Assembly (NCBI GenBank): GCA_003971905.1
Contig: RSEE01000015.1
Coordinates: forward strand, 744,001 to 808,000
Source: Moniliella sp. 'wahieum'
Lineage: Eukaryota
DNA: 64,000 nt
Direction: 5' to 3'
Shown here: in pieces, positions 51,339-64,000 of the stretch
Layout: each line of letters starts with the position of its first letter
Position numbering within the stretch: position 1 is the first letter of the stretch
Program-made: the position numbers and the translations under genes
Notes under the pieces: generated by a model
What the model saw: only the letters and a program-made list of their open reading frames with translations
What the model was told of the DNA's origin: nothing
Database searches by the model: none

Positions 51339-52389
51339 ATGGCCGACGAGCGCGAGGCCGTGCCCAATGGCACGCGTCACTTTGACGCGGACGGAGCCCT
51401 GTCGGACACTGGATCCACTAGTTCTCGCGAAAGCACAGATGGCCTGGTCCCCAACCAACGCAAGTCCATTATTGACCGCCGCGCCGTTGTCCGCTACTTC
51501 ACCGATCCTACCTTGACGCCCAAGCTGTTTGATGCGGTGCCCATCACCTCCCCTCACCCAGGGAGCGATGTTGCTGGGGTGGCCCCGCTGCCCACCCCGC
51601 CGGCCGAAGAGCCGTCTGTGGATTGCGCTCGGCCTACCTCGTTTGATGTGCTGCTCAAGCTGGATGTGAGCCGTGGCTGTGGCGGTCGTGTATGGCCCGC
51701 AGCCGAGCGGCTGGGTGCCTACCTTGCTTCCCACACCGACACGTTGGATTGGAAGAACAAAACAGTTGTCGAGCTGGGAGCCGGGACAGGTTTGTTGGGT
51801 CTGCTGGCAGCCCGATTGCAATTAGGCGCCGAAGTATGGGTGACGGACATGAGGTGCGTAGGATACGGGGAGCCGGGTCTGACTGCCAAAGCGACGGAAC
51901 TGACCAAGTTTGTGGGCCGTAATGTGCTAGCGCTATGATGGCCCTGATGCAGGAAAACGTGGAGCTGAATACGGGCAAACGTGATCCGGTCCATGTCAGC
52001 GAGCTGGTGTGGGGCCAACCACTGCCGTCCGATGTGCCCAGCAAGCCCGACGTGATGCTGTTGGCCGACTGTGTATACCTAGAAATTGCGTTCCAACCCT
52101 TGGTTGACACCCTCTATGCTCTGACCCGCCCTGCGGCGAAGGTCCGACGCAAGAGATCTTGTTTTGCTACCAAAAGCGCAGAAAGGCCGACAAGCGCTTC
52201 TTTACCCTGCTCAAGAAAAAGTTTGACGTGGTCAACGTGACGGACGACGATCCAGAGCGGGCAGAGATGTATCGTCGCAAGGGAACGCATCTGATGGTCT
52301 CTATCGTCGCGCTGGCCGCTAAAACCCTGTGTGGCCTGCGACGACTCTGCATCCCCACTAACGTTTTCATACCCAGTTACTATGAATGA
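51339..52389 (+). CDS. EFM6: Protein-lysine N-methyltransferase, METTL21/Efm6-like; 3' end approximate
   Basis: GCGGRVWPAA, VVELGAGTG (SAM motif I), ELVWG, LLADCVY and CYQKRRKADKRFF; intron at about 51854-51930. Confidence 0.8.
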
Positions 52390-52674
52390 TTCAAGTACGG
52401 TACGGTTCTCTCTTCAATTTCAAGCTGCTATTCCTATTGGCTTCTTAGTCGAACGAGCCAATCGCATCTCTCATCAATTGCACCATGTTACTCACTGCAT
52501 GCCCCAACAGCAGATATGCTATGCATGGGAAGGGACAAACCTCCTGGTGAGTAGTAGCCAAAAGTGTGCCGGCAGAGGAAATACATAAACCAGAACCATC
52601 GCCAGCAAGACGACATGAAATCAGAAACAGAGATATGCTACACCTGGAAGGATTGGGGAAAAGGGGGACACAAC

Positions 52675-55600
52675 CTAGCCACGCGAGTTCCGTGAGCGGC
52701 CCCAGGGCAAGGCATCGGCCAAGGAAAAGTGACGGCATGAGCGGCAGCTTGGGTCCAGGATTGGCGATGGGCGTGTTCGAGGGGAGGCTCATTATGGGGG
52801 TGGGACGTCGCTTGCGCAGGAGCAGGCGTACACTCTTCGTACTCATCCTCTCCTCATCTTCGTCCTCCTCTGGGTCCGAGGGCAGATGGTAGGGACGACG
52901 GTACGTGCCGTACGAGTAGGTCCCATCGATGTGGAGCCCAACAGAGATGAAGGCGCAGGAGACAAAGTGGGTGTGGTGGCAGCCGCCTCGGCTGTGGCAG
53001 GGGTGGCATACCTCCTTCCCGGCCGGGCTGTGCCATTTTCAATGTCCGACATCACGCAGCGGGATCAGCGCCCTGCCTCAAGCCAGCAGGGTAGGACTGA
53101 GATCCCCCCTCGGAGCCCGAGACAGACGAGCCATCGAGACGACCCAGATCGGAGCCGGAACCGGAACCGGAACCCGACCCGACCCCGACCCGAAGAATAA
53201 TCGTCGTACTCGTCCGAGTAAGATAAGAATCAGAATCTCCGGGCGCGCGCGAGTCGGGAGTAGCACCGCCGAGCCGTTTTCCGCCTCACTCCGGCCATGG
53301 GTAGTGGTTCCGCATCAAGAGTGCGAGCTCGGCATTGTTTTCTGTCAGAGCATTCGCGGCCGAGCGAGCTTCCCGGGCGGCTCGGCGAGCCGTCCTGGAT
53401 TCCCCCGCATACCGACGCCGGGAAGGAGACACATTGGGGTGTGGTCGCCTCCGAGGCGAGAGGCGAGGAGACCCTAGAGTCTGCGGAACGGTGTCCATGG
53501 TTTGTGTCGGAGACGAGAGGGAGAGCCCGCCGAGGCAGCCGCCACGGCGGCCTCGATCGCATGGCGACGGCCAAGCAGGGCGTGATAGGGGTTGTTGGAC
53601 TCGTCCTGGGCGCCCACGGCAGGATTGGCCATACCCGTTTGCTGCCTCACGCGACGCTGCATCTCCATCTGCTGCACTTGGAGCTGCACTTGTCGCTGGA
53701 TCTCGGCTTGCCGTTGGGCTTCGACAGCTGCCTGAGCAAAGAGCGCTTGCGCTTGAGCTTGCGCTTGGGCCTGGGCTTGGGCTTGAGCTTGAGCCTGGAT
53801 TGCGCTTGAGCTTGCGCTTGAGCTTGCGCTTGCGCCTGGGCCAGGGTCTGTTGGGCGTGGGCCTGAGCCCGTTGGGACAGTGCTTGGGCTTGAACCGCCG
53901 TACCTTGGGGCCAAGCCTCAGCTCCGGCTGCGGCAGCCGTTGCAGCAGAGTTACTCGCTGAAGCAGTCAACCCTGTCTCGGGCAAAGGTACGAACGGAGC
54001 GGTCCATGGCTTGCCCGAATGAAGGATGTTGCTGTGCTTGGGCAGGGGGTCCAGCGCTCAAAGGGATCAAGCTGCAGTAGTCCCTCGAGGAAGTCGTCGT
54101 TTAAAACACTCTCGATTGTGAAGTTCTGTAGGGACGCGTCAACAGGCCATTCCAACTCGCAAAGGTTTGTCAGAGAAAGACATACCACCCACATCAACTG
54201 CGCGTCCGCCGCGCGGGGCCATAGGATAAGTCCGAATCAACTCGTGCAACTCGGTCGCAGCAAAAGTACCGATGCGAAGGCCGCTCGCGCGGGTGTTGGT
54301 CCGGGTGTTGCCTAATCCACTCATCCAAAGATTTGATCCGATGCGTTCTCCTCCCGTACGATCAGTAAAAACTTCAAAGTACTCGCGGGTCTGCTGGCCA
54401 CGCTCAGCATGTACTCGGGGGTTGCCCAACATCTCAGTGATCCGAGTCACTTGGTTGAACTCGGACGTGCCAGGGAAAATGGGCAGGCCGAGAAAGAGCT
54501 CGGCGACAACGCATCCCAAACTCCACATGTCAATCGCCGCTGTATACGGAGTGCCAAGCAATACCTCGGGTGCACGGTAGTGACGCGACTGAATGTACGT
54601 ATACACCGTCCGGTTCTCAAAGCAGGCCGAACCAAAGTCCACCAGCTTGATCTTGGGCGGTTGCAGCCGCTCGAGCAAAATGTTCTCTGGCTTAATGTCA
54701 CAGTGATGATTCGCGCGTGCTTCAGCACAACAAGTGCTTCAAGCAATTGCACAGTCAGCACACGGGTCAGGCCGGTGGATAAGCCCTTGAAATTGTTTTG
54801 GCGAATGATCTCGTAGAGGTTGAGGCTGAGCAGCTCAGTCGCAATGCATAGATGGTTGGCAGAAGTAAAGCCGCCGCCATCGCGGCCAGGATAAGGCGGA
54901 CGCAATCGGAGATGTGGTGGAGTTGTCCTTGTCCACACCTGATTGAGCAGCGCAAGTAGCCGCACCTCTTGGGCCGACTGAGACCGGTACGCGGGTCTGT
55001 TCTTGATCACTTTGACTGCCACCACCTCCTTGGTATGTACCTCCTGGGCCTTGACGACCTGGCCAAATGTGCCGCATCCCAAAAGCGACAAGATCAGGTA
55101 TTTTCGATTGGGCAGAGCCCCTTCCGTCTCTTCGTCCCCGTGAGCTAGCACCGACGCTGCGATCGAAGCGGGATCATCAATCGCACCGGGTTGTGTATCC
55201 TGGGCAACCCCATCGGCCTGAATACACCCATGTTGCCAAAGAATCAAATCGTGAGACTGATTATCCCTCCCCAAGTTGTGCTTTGGATCGCCGGGCTTGG
55301 TGTAAATTTGCGTGGGGCAAAGGGAAGGTCATAAAGAAAGTCGTCAGGGTTGATCAAATGGTAGGTGTGGTGCAAATACACCGAGAGGGCCTTGAGGGAG
55401 AGATGAATTCGCTCCCTGCAAGAGGGGAATGGTCAGGGGCGGTGGAGGTGCTGGAAGACGCGCTGGGAGGATTGGGATCCATTAGACGATGAGTACCCGA
55501 TGTGCTGGCGCAGTGTCGGGCCTAAGCTCCCTCCATGCGCTAATCCGCCGGAACCCAACAGATGAGCCAGGGCCCAAAGTGAGGGGGTACCCCCCCCCTG

Positions 55601-56694
55601 GAGGCAGAGCGGCTGGGAGGGACAGCCAGTCCATTCCCAGTTGGGCTGGCAGGACGAGCGCGTGGGTCGGGTGCTCCGGGGCGGGTAACTGGGGGGGTGT
55701 CGTAGTGGGTGGAGGATCGATGGTGATGTGTGTGGAGGAAGAAGCGTCGCGGCGATTGTGCTGATTGTCCATGCGCGATTGGAGTGGGCGATAGGGTCCC
55801 GGCTGTTCGGGCGTGGCATCAGCGGAAGGAGAGAAGGGAGCTGTTGTCCCCACGTTCGATGGTCCCAATGGAGGTGCAGACGCAGATACAGATCCGACAG
55901 CGGGATCGGAGGGCGCGCGCTGTGCCTGCTGCAGCTCCAACTGGTATGTGCGACGTGGGAGGGATCGTCCTCGGTATCCGTGTCCTCATAGGTGGGCGAG
56001 AGGGACAGGGTGTGCACGTCAGGCGTTCCTGGAGCGACAGGCGAGACGGGGGGGTGGACAAGAGGAGCAGGGCCAGCATGCGGAGTAAGTGCGGGGGAGA
56101 TGGCGCTTCCATCGCTGGAACCAGGCCCTGTTGTGGACGAAGAGGGATGCGGTGCCTCCGGACGGAAGTACGTGGACTTAGCAGACGCTGAACGGCGCTT
56201 CCGGCCGACATGCGGAGAGCAGCGAGCCGGCTGCTGAGACCTCCCCACTCGGATGCGCCAGCGGAAGAGTTAGAAGGAGCAGGGGACATGCGGGAGGCGC
56301 GGCTCGACGCGTCCTCGCCAACTGAGAGGTGGGGCCGGTAAGAGTAGGACGTCTGGGCTGCTGCTGGGGATGGCGAGGGCACGGAGGCAGGTGCTGCCGG
56401 GGTGGCATATGTACGCGACGGGCGCTCTCCCTCTCCTCCTTCCTCATCATCATCATCGTCATCGTCGTCGTCGTCCTCCTCCTCGTCCTGGTCGCCGCCA
56501 CCATCAGCGTGCTGGTTTGGCGGCACAGAGACGGGATGGGCGTCGGCTGAGTAGCCCTGGGGGCGGTTGCGTGGGGGGGCAAGGGCGGCCCAGGAGACGT
56601 GGTGCGGGGCATGGGCAGGGTGTGGCAGAGGGGGGTGGGAGGGATGCGCAGCGCCAGGCCCGTCTTGCACGGCGGCGGGCAGGACGCGGGACAT
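52675..56694 (-). CDS. YAK1: Yak1-like DYRK-family protein kinase; ends approximate
   Basis: LLGCGTFGQVVK, VAVKVIKN.PAY, ELLS.NLYE.I.QN.F.GL, HCDIKPEN, DFGSAC, YTYIQSRHYRAPE (YxY loop) and ELFLGLPIFPGTSE; long low-complexity N- and C-terminal extensions. Confidence 0.88.
53741..53895 (-). repeat. (Gln-Ala)n coding repeat in the Yak1 tail
   Basis: Repeated gcttgcgcttga/gcttgg units on + translate on the minus strand as AQAQAQAQ. Confidence 0.85.
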
Positions 56695-58280
56695 GGCGGG
56701 CGGGATGGGGGCGATGGCGGTGGCGATGGGCTGGCTGGCGGCGGCGGAGTGCTTTGGTTGGAGCTGCGCAGGGCCAATGCGCTCGCTGGGCCTGGCGTGC
56801 AGGGTTCGGGTTCAAGTTGAACGTTGGGCCCGGGCGGTACAGAGCGTGTGCAGGCAGCGGGACGGGGGGTGAATTGAACGTTCAGTTCAGCCGCCCTTGA
56901 ACATTGCAGCCGCCGCGGGGGCAGCCTGCGCACACGCCCGGCACCGCCCGGCACCGCCCGGCACCACCCCTCTCCACGGACCTCGCGGACGCTCGTTACG
57001 TCAGCCCCATCCCTCCCCCCGCCTCCTCCCCTGGGCGCTAGTATTGAAGCTGTACGATAAAAGGGATCAGCCGTTAATATGTAAGTTCGACGTTCACCCG
57101 GATGGAAAAGAGATGTATGGAAAATGGTTCTGATCGTCCGTCAGACGTAGACAAGGCCAAACAGGGACCAGAGAGTGTATAAAAGACGATGGCGACGACG
57201 ACGACGATAACGAATTAGAGAGATGTTGTTGGGTCGCTGGCATGCCGCTGTGGACACCCGCCGAAAAGGATATACCACGGGAGCAAGTGTGGCTTCTGAC
57301 ATGGACGGGTCTTCTCCCCAGCGTTAGATCCCAACAAAGTAGTGGTTCGCTAGGCTTTCTGAACCGAGATGCACACTTACTGAAGAGGGAGGGGTCTAAG
57401 GACGTTGACCAGGAAGGACCTTGAGAGCACCTAAGTCGTAAGAAATGTATTTTGTCCTCGTACGAAGTCTTGCCCTTCTTTTTAGTTATGCTGCGGGGCT
57501 GTCATGCATCATGGGGGAGTCCTGAGGTAGGATCCACCCCTGCAGTTTAGGGGTACAAACCGTTGGACGGCCGATCGGAGCCACGTACGTTAGGTCCTGC
57601 TTCAGATCCTATAGTTGAACGTTAAACCGAGCGAGCGTAGAGGCAAAGGGTTCTGTCAAGACTGGGGGCGATGGGCACAAAGCATCTCTCCGATGAATCG
57701 ATGCGACCATGGCGGGCCGCGGACGATATCCGCAGCATGGATAATCGATAAGGTGTCCGCTGACTCTCTCTCGCTAGCCTAACCTGACTGACGCGTGTTT
57801 GGATGAGATGTCTACGACATGCCGGGCTCAGCGTCCGGAGAAAGGCCGTGCCTGGTCCCCCCCAGGAAGCGCGCTCCAAAGCTGGACACAGGAGGAGCTG
57901 TCCTGAGGCACGTCAGGCGCTCTGCCTCTGGCCTCAGGAGGCCTCGGGAGGCCCTCGGAGGCCCCAGGCGGGCGCACCTGGCCTGAGATGGATGCGGTGC
58001 TGACAGGCAGACGATCAGCCGAGCAGCAGAGCGCGAGCTGGCGGAACCAGGCAGCGCCCGATGAAATTGCAGGCCCGCTGGCTGGCGCCGTGCGGGGCGG
58101 CGTCGTTGTGCTCCACGTAACCCTAACCCTATGTGTGCCAGCCAAGTCCGATGCGAGTGGGTGCCCGTGGCGGCGGCGCGGACGGCGCGGCGACGGGGAG
58201 ACCAGGCGCATGTGCCCGCGCGACGCAGCCGCCCCCCACCACCACCACCACCACCAGAGCACCCGCCGCCCTCCTTCCGC

Positions 58281-61200
58281 CATGGCACGCGACGACGAGC
58301 CGTCGGATGGGGATGGTACATTGTACGTGCTGCTCCGGTCGCGCTGTGTGGGGCTCTATCCGCCGCTGACGCTCTGCCTCCCGCGCCCAGTACCTCGTGA
58401 TGGCTGCCTTTTGGCACTGCCTCCTGCTCCCGCTCGAGCCCTCGCTTGGCCCCAGCGTGTCTGCCTCCACTTCTGCTGCCTCTGCCTCCTCCAAGCCCCT
58501 TGCCGCTCACGGCCACCGAAGCATGGCCGCCATCTCTGAGATCATGACCACCGGCAAGGACGTCAAGTACCCTGAGAAGCTCCTCAAGCGCCTGGGCGAG
58601 CGTCTCGGTGACGTGGCTATGGGCCGTGACCCCGCCTACCTCGACAAGCAGCTGCGCGCCGTCTTTGCTAGCTTTTACGGCAAGTTTGTCGAGAAGAACT
58701 TCCAGCGCTCGCTCAAAGACTCGCGCAAAGTCGAGACGCTCATTATTCATTTTGCCACCCAGGCCCAAGCCCATCTTTCTGCCGCCCGCACTGCAGCACC
58801 TGCTGGCCAGGAGTGGCTCAACCAACTCAACTGGATGGTTGCTCAGTTTGTGCGTCTTGTTCGCGACACGCTGCTTCACATGCGCCTCGGCGCGCGCGAC
58901 CTCATGGGCTCAAACAAGGATGTGCTCGTCGCTCGTCTTGACTCGTACATTGCCAAGCTGGAGGAGCCCCCCCTCAGCCACGTTCCCTCGACCTCAAGCA
59001 TACCCGCTTCATCAGCACCTGTATCGGTGTTGACCATGCCCGTGACGCAGCTAGCCGATCGGCACCCTGTTTTCCGCACCATCGCCCGCCTTATGTGCGT
59101 CAGCGACCACCAGCTCCTATTGGATCTTGACTCGGTCCGCAAGGAGTGCACAGATGCTGCCGCTCTGGCTGATTTGAAGCACGCTTCCAAGAATGTCAAC
59201 TTGGGAGATGTCTGGCCTGGACGACGCACTGATTTTGAGGCAGATGAGCCCTGGAAGGCGTGGAAGAGCAACGAGCTGGACTATCTCTCTCAGCGCATCG
59301 CTGTGCTGTGCACCAACAACCCTGACCTGATTCAGCATCGGGAGACGAGGAACCTGCTGAGGGAGAGGCTTCAGATGAGTTCGTGTTTATTCCTCAACAC
59401 CCTGTGCGGGTTTATCAGAAAGCCCTCCGCCTCTGCCTTGACGCCGACTTGGAGATGATTGCCAACTGCGATGACGACTCGGGCGTGGAGACGACCATCC
59501 TCACTTCAGATCATGTCGAGCTGCTTTCGTACGCGGCTGAGGTATGGCGCATTCGCACACCCTTTACCCGCCTCGCCCACCTCCAACTCGTCCTGGAGCG
59601 CTGGAATCTTCAAGACGGCCCGATCAGCATCCCGATTGATTGTGTATCTGCTGTAACAAATCGGGTGCAGGAGGCGATCGAGGACCAGCCGCCCAGCGAG
59701 TGGATGGGAAGGGAACAGCTCCTCCTTCAGGAGACCTTTACCCGTGTCCTCCAAATCACGCTTGAAGAACTCACCCGCGCTCTGCAGGATCATCAAGATG
59801 CCGGAGAGATCTACCAAAGGGCCGAGCTCGCCGAATCAGTCTACTCCCTCCTTGGGGAAACGGCGACCGCTCTCCTGGAGGCGCGGATTGAAGATCTAAG
59901 GGACCTGATCCAGATCCAAGCTATCCAAGAGTACACTTCTGTCGCGACTGACATCTTTGAGATGGGAGGGGATCACACGGCTCTCTTGCTCAAGTTGTAC
60001 GATTGGCTTCACAAGCGCACTAAGCGCTTGAGCAAGCAGTATCCCGAACCAATCTTGGGGCCGAGGCTGGACCTCCCCCCACTGGTACTGGAGAAGCAAG
60101 TACCACTTTACTGGGCTGACTTGGGAACATACAAGATTGCGGTGGTAGACGAGGCGTTGCGGGATGATGGAACACCGTTTGACGACATCTTTGCGCTCTA
60201 CAAGGCCCTAGGGGAACTGCGCAAGATGTTCAAGGTCTTCTGTCCAGAATTGCAGTGGAGTTTAACATTGTGGCCTGGTTCCAACCGCACATTGAGCATT
60301 GGCTTCTCCGTACGTCCGAGAAGACGCCCGAATGGGTGGACAACGCGGTGCGCGCCGACACGTTCCAGCCGATTGATAGCATGGATGCCTACCATTCCAG
60401 CTCAATTGACGATCTCTTTACTGCGCTCCATCAACCTCTCGAATTTATCGATTCCCTCAAGTGGCCCGACAAGTTTACCCTGGCTTTATTCAAAACCTCC
60501 TTGGCCAAACAGTGAGTACTGCGGTGGAACAGTACTGTCACCGGATTGAGGACATGTTCAAGATGGAGATTTTGCTGCCTCCGTTGCTCCGCAAGAGGCA
60601 AGCCAGGGCGAGACCCAGGTGATGACGGCATGGATGGAGCGGGCGAAAATGACGCTGCGAGGAGAACAGAAGGTGGTGCAATTTGATCTTCAGCCTGCCA
60701 GCTGTGTCAAGCTCAACAATATCCAAAAGGCCCGGCATCTTCTCGACTCACTCTACACCAAGATCGATGCCGATACGCAAGCACGGATCGTGACGCAGCA
60801 CGCTACGGCGTTGCCCGAAGACGAGGAGTTTGAGCCTGCACCCACGATGCTAACGAGGGTGGTAAGCAGCTCTTCCTCTTCACTGTCAAGGTTGTCCAAG
60901 CCGAAGGTCTTCTCTCCTCCAGTGGCGCCAGCACAGCCAGGCTCGACACCTATGTTGCGTTGGTGGACGAGGGGCGGCGAAAGCCTTTGGGCGAGACGCG
61001 TACCATTTGCGAAACACCCGATCCACAGTGGAGCGAGGCGTTTGACGTGCTGGTCGAAGAACAAGCGATGTGGCTTACACTGATTGTGTGGGAGCGCAAG
61101 GGAAACCAGCGTTCTCCCTGTGGCCGCACTCAGATCAAGCTGGACCCGAGCGTGTTCCTTGACATGCAGTCTCACGACATTTGGCTCGAACTTGATACCC

Positions 61201-62300
61201 AGGGCAAACTCCTTCTCCGCATTTCGGTCGAGAAGGAGAGGGATGATATCCTGTTCCACTTTGGCCGAGCCTTCCGCTCGCTCAAGCGGGCTGAGAGCGA
61301 GATGGTGCGGATGATTGTAGACCAAATCAGCCTCTTTATCCGGCACTGCCTCTCCCGGCAAACGGTCAAAGCGCTGGTTAAGACACCCTCTCTTGTCGCT
61401 TCTACTGCCCAGCTCAACATTGGACGGGGGATGAACCTGGTAAGGACATGGCCGCCTCGGCTTGGGCTGCAACGACGAGTTCTGAGGGGGTCATCCCTCC
61501 TGTTGCGCCGCCGACCGCGGGAACCAGTTCGTTGGGTGGGAAAGCAAAAAGACCGAACTGACCGATGCGGAAATTGAGAACGCGATCGCGCCGCTCTTTG
61601 ACTATTTGGACCAGGTGCTGGCCACGTTAAGCGAGAACCTCTCTCCGGAAGAACGGACTACGGTACTTACCAAGTGTGGAAACAGCTACTCATCACACTG
61701 CAGGGGATTCTATTGCCGCCGCTGTCGGACGAGCCATCGGACATGCGGCAACTGTCTCATGACGAAGTGGCGATAGTGATGAAGTGGAAAGGATTTACAC
61801 GCAACTACTTTCTTGCCCGGGATGCGGACACGAACGAGTTCAACGGACTTCCACCCGAGGTGCTGCACAATCACCGTTTCCGCGAGTTGGACGAATACGA
61901 GACGTTGCACGACCTGTCGACGGACGAGCTGATGCTCCAATGCGCCAAAGCGATGCAAGTTTCCCTCCGACAACAGGCGGGGGCAGACAGGTTGGGACGA
62001 TCCAAGAGCGTAATGAACCAGCGCTCGCTGGAACGATCAAGAAGCGCAAAGAGCAAAAGAGAGGGCAGGACGACTTTTCTAACGAAGAGGTCATTATGCG
62101 GCTGTTGCGGTACGTCCCTTGCTCACCTTGTTGTTGTTTTTTTCCAAAACTGACACAACATACATAGGATGCGGCCAGGCACAGGAATTCCTTTCGCAGC
62201 AGCTTGAGATGAAGCAGCAACTGAGCAAGATGTTTTCTTCAGCGACTCATGCGCCCATGCGCTCCACGATCCGTCGCAAGGGAGGCGCGGTGCGCGCAAC
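58281..62300 (+). CDS. Munc13-homology-domain and C2-domain protein (YOR296W/Ync13/Git1-like); 3' end approximate
   Basis: RKVETLIIHFATQA, WVDNAVRADTF, HSSSIDDLF, CVKLNNI, C2-like TRTICET.DPQW.EAF, EKERDDI.F.FGRAFRSL.R.E and PLFDYL...L..L; intron near 62110-62168. Confidence 0.78.
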
Positions 62301-62981
62301 CCTGGTGCCCGTCCGCCAGCAGCTGGCTCTCGTTTCTCACCCCGTTACACTCCTTCACTCGGCCAGCTTCCTCCGCCAGCTCCAGCCCTGGCTCCTTCTT
62401 CACCCGCCTCGTATACGCCCTCGCAGCCGCTGGCGTATACGGCCTCCCGGCCGCCAGGATATCCTGCTTCCCGCTCAAACCGTTCAGGGCGGCTCTCTGG
62501 TAGTCGGGCTGCTCCTTGATCTGTTTGGATTGAATATGATTGTCTGTGGTGTTGACTGTAGCAGCCGGAGAGCGAAGGGAGGCAGCGGCGGTTTCGGCGT
62601 GCTTCAGATTGAAAATGAAAAGGCGGCCAATCTCTGAAGGGGAGTGGAACATGCTGACATGAATAGAATAAATGGTGTCCGCCACGCCACTCACTTTCGT
62701 TCCTCCATCATCAATGAGTCGGTCCCGGCAGACTTGGATGGTGTTGAGGCTCGGCGCGCTCAAACGGAGAGGACAGAGGACTACAACTGTGGAGCTTTTT
62801 TGACAATGCCGTCGTCGGAGACGATCCGTGATCGTCGTCCAGTGTGAACAGTTGAAAGAGTGATCGTGTGGCGCGAGCCTGCTCGCCGCGCGCTTTTGCG
62901 CCACACAGCTACGATCCCTTCCCCACCCCCATCCCCACCCCCTCCCCCATCCCCACTCCCCCGCTCCCCCTCGGCGGCAAG

Positions 62982-64000
62982 ATGGGGGATCCAGGCAGTC
63001 GCACGGCATCAGGCCGGCCAACTTTTTTTCCCTCCACCCCTTCCCCCAAATCGCCTCTCCCAACCCTCACTTCTTTGCCTGGCCCCCGCCGCCCCCGCCA
63101 GAGCCTGCTCCTGCTCCTGCTCCGGCTCCGGCTCCTGCTCCGGCTCCTGCTCCGGCTCCTATGTTTGATCCTGTTCCTGTGTTTGATCCTTCTTTTGCAC
63201 CCCAACCAGTTGTGCAGGCTCCTGCTCACGAGGAAAAGGACGAAGTTGAGTCGCCGTTCCAGTTCAACACGTGGGGCTCCTCCCCCTCGTCCACCCGCAG
63301 CTCTATCACTTCTTCTTCTCAGCTCGACGAATTCCCTAGCCTGCGAAGTCTGCCCCGCTTTGATCCTCTCCCTCCCGACCACCCACGCGCTATGCACATT
63401 CCTCCCCCCCACGGCGGAGCGACAGTGACGATATCCCTCTCCCGTCCATACTTCAGGGCCAACAGTCGTGGACCGACCTCTCCCCCAGCTCGTTCCATCA
63501 CTCCCCACATCAGCGTGTCCCCCATCATTCGCGCTCCTTCTCTACTCCTTTTGTGCGCGTGCAGAAGGACACCGCCAACGGTGAGCGCCCGCCAACTCGC
63601 ATTAGGCGTCTATCCTCCCCACCCCTCCGTCTCCGGTCACACTCCTACCACCTGGTCCGGGAGTGCAGAGGGACCTGACCAGCACTTTTGTCGCTGCGCG
63701 CAATGTTGTCCTCGCATGCCCGGAACGACGTATGGAGCTACTGCAGACCCAACGCATCTTGCGGAGGGGGACAAGCTGCGCGCCCTCCACGCTGATGGCG
63801 CATCTCTTCGTCAAGGGGAGATGAGCCTTGTACGTTGGGTGCCCGATGCCTCGGTCGAGGCCCAACGGTGTGCACTCTGTTCCACCGCGTTCACGTTCCT
63901 TTGGAGACGACACCACTGCCGCCTGTGTGGAAAGTGCGTGTGTGGTGGGCAGGAGTGCTCCCGGGTGGTTAGTCTTGACTCACTATCTCCCACATTAGAG
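62982..64000 (+). CDS. FYVE zinc-finger protein (Pep7/Vac1/rabenosyn-like), truncated by the window end; start approximate
   Basis: RWVPDASVEAQRCALCSTAFTFLWRRHHCRLCGKCVCGGQECS at about 63833-63963 carries the WxxD and RRHHCR FYVE motifs; upstream GVQRDLTSTF...R; Pro/Ala-rich N-terminus. Confidence 0.82.

Noticed and set aside
57040..57800. Lower-GC segment in the YAK1/Munc13-like divergent spacer as an ncRNA or TE
   Set aside because: No terminal repeats, TSD or recognisable RNA motifs found by eye.

Overview
Eukaryotic DNA from a GC-rich, intron-poor basidiomycete fungus; the gene set and intron style suggest Ustilaginomycotina (inference). About 19 conserved protein-coding genes are recognisable, in order: RPL5 and RPL15 (head-to-head), an A1 aspartic protease, an Ime2/Crk1-like kinase, NXT1, PP5/PPT1, an HSF-type factor, a PMP22/Mpv17 protein, ERV46, a TBC Rab-GAP, an ankyrin+DIL protein, BRF1, a Zn2Cys6 factor, cytosolic LeuRS, CWC24, an EFM6-like methyltransferase, a Yak1/DYRK kinase, a Munc13-homology/C2 protein and a partial FYVE protein. 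Nearly every gene, including essential ones, carries apparent frameshifts. These are most simply read as assembly indel errors, so many gene ends are approximate. The clearest non-routine object is a 1,391-bp non-autonomous LTR retroelement (49633-51023) with near-identical 240/235-bp LTRs and a perfect 5-bp target-site duplication (AGCGT). Its putative primer-binding site looks complementary to the anticodon arm of a non-Met tRNA, in the register used by half-tRNA-primed copia elements. Intergenic DNA also carries recurrent heptamer arrays and perfect palindromes built on palindromic hexamers, and two multi-kb blocks without recognisable genes flank the HSF gene. No CRISPR array, rRNA or tRNA gene was recognised.
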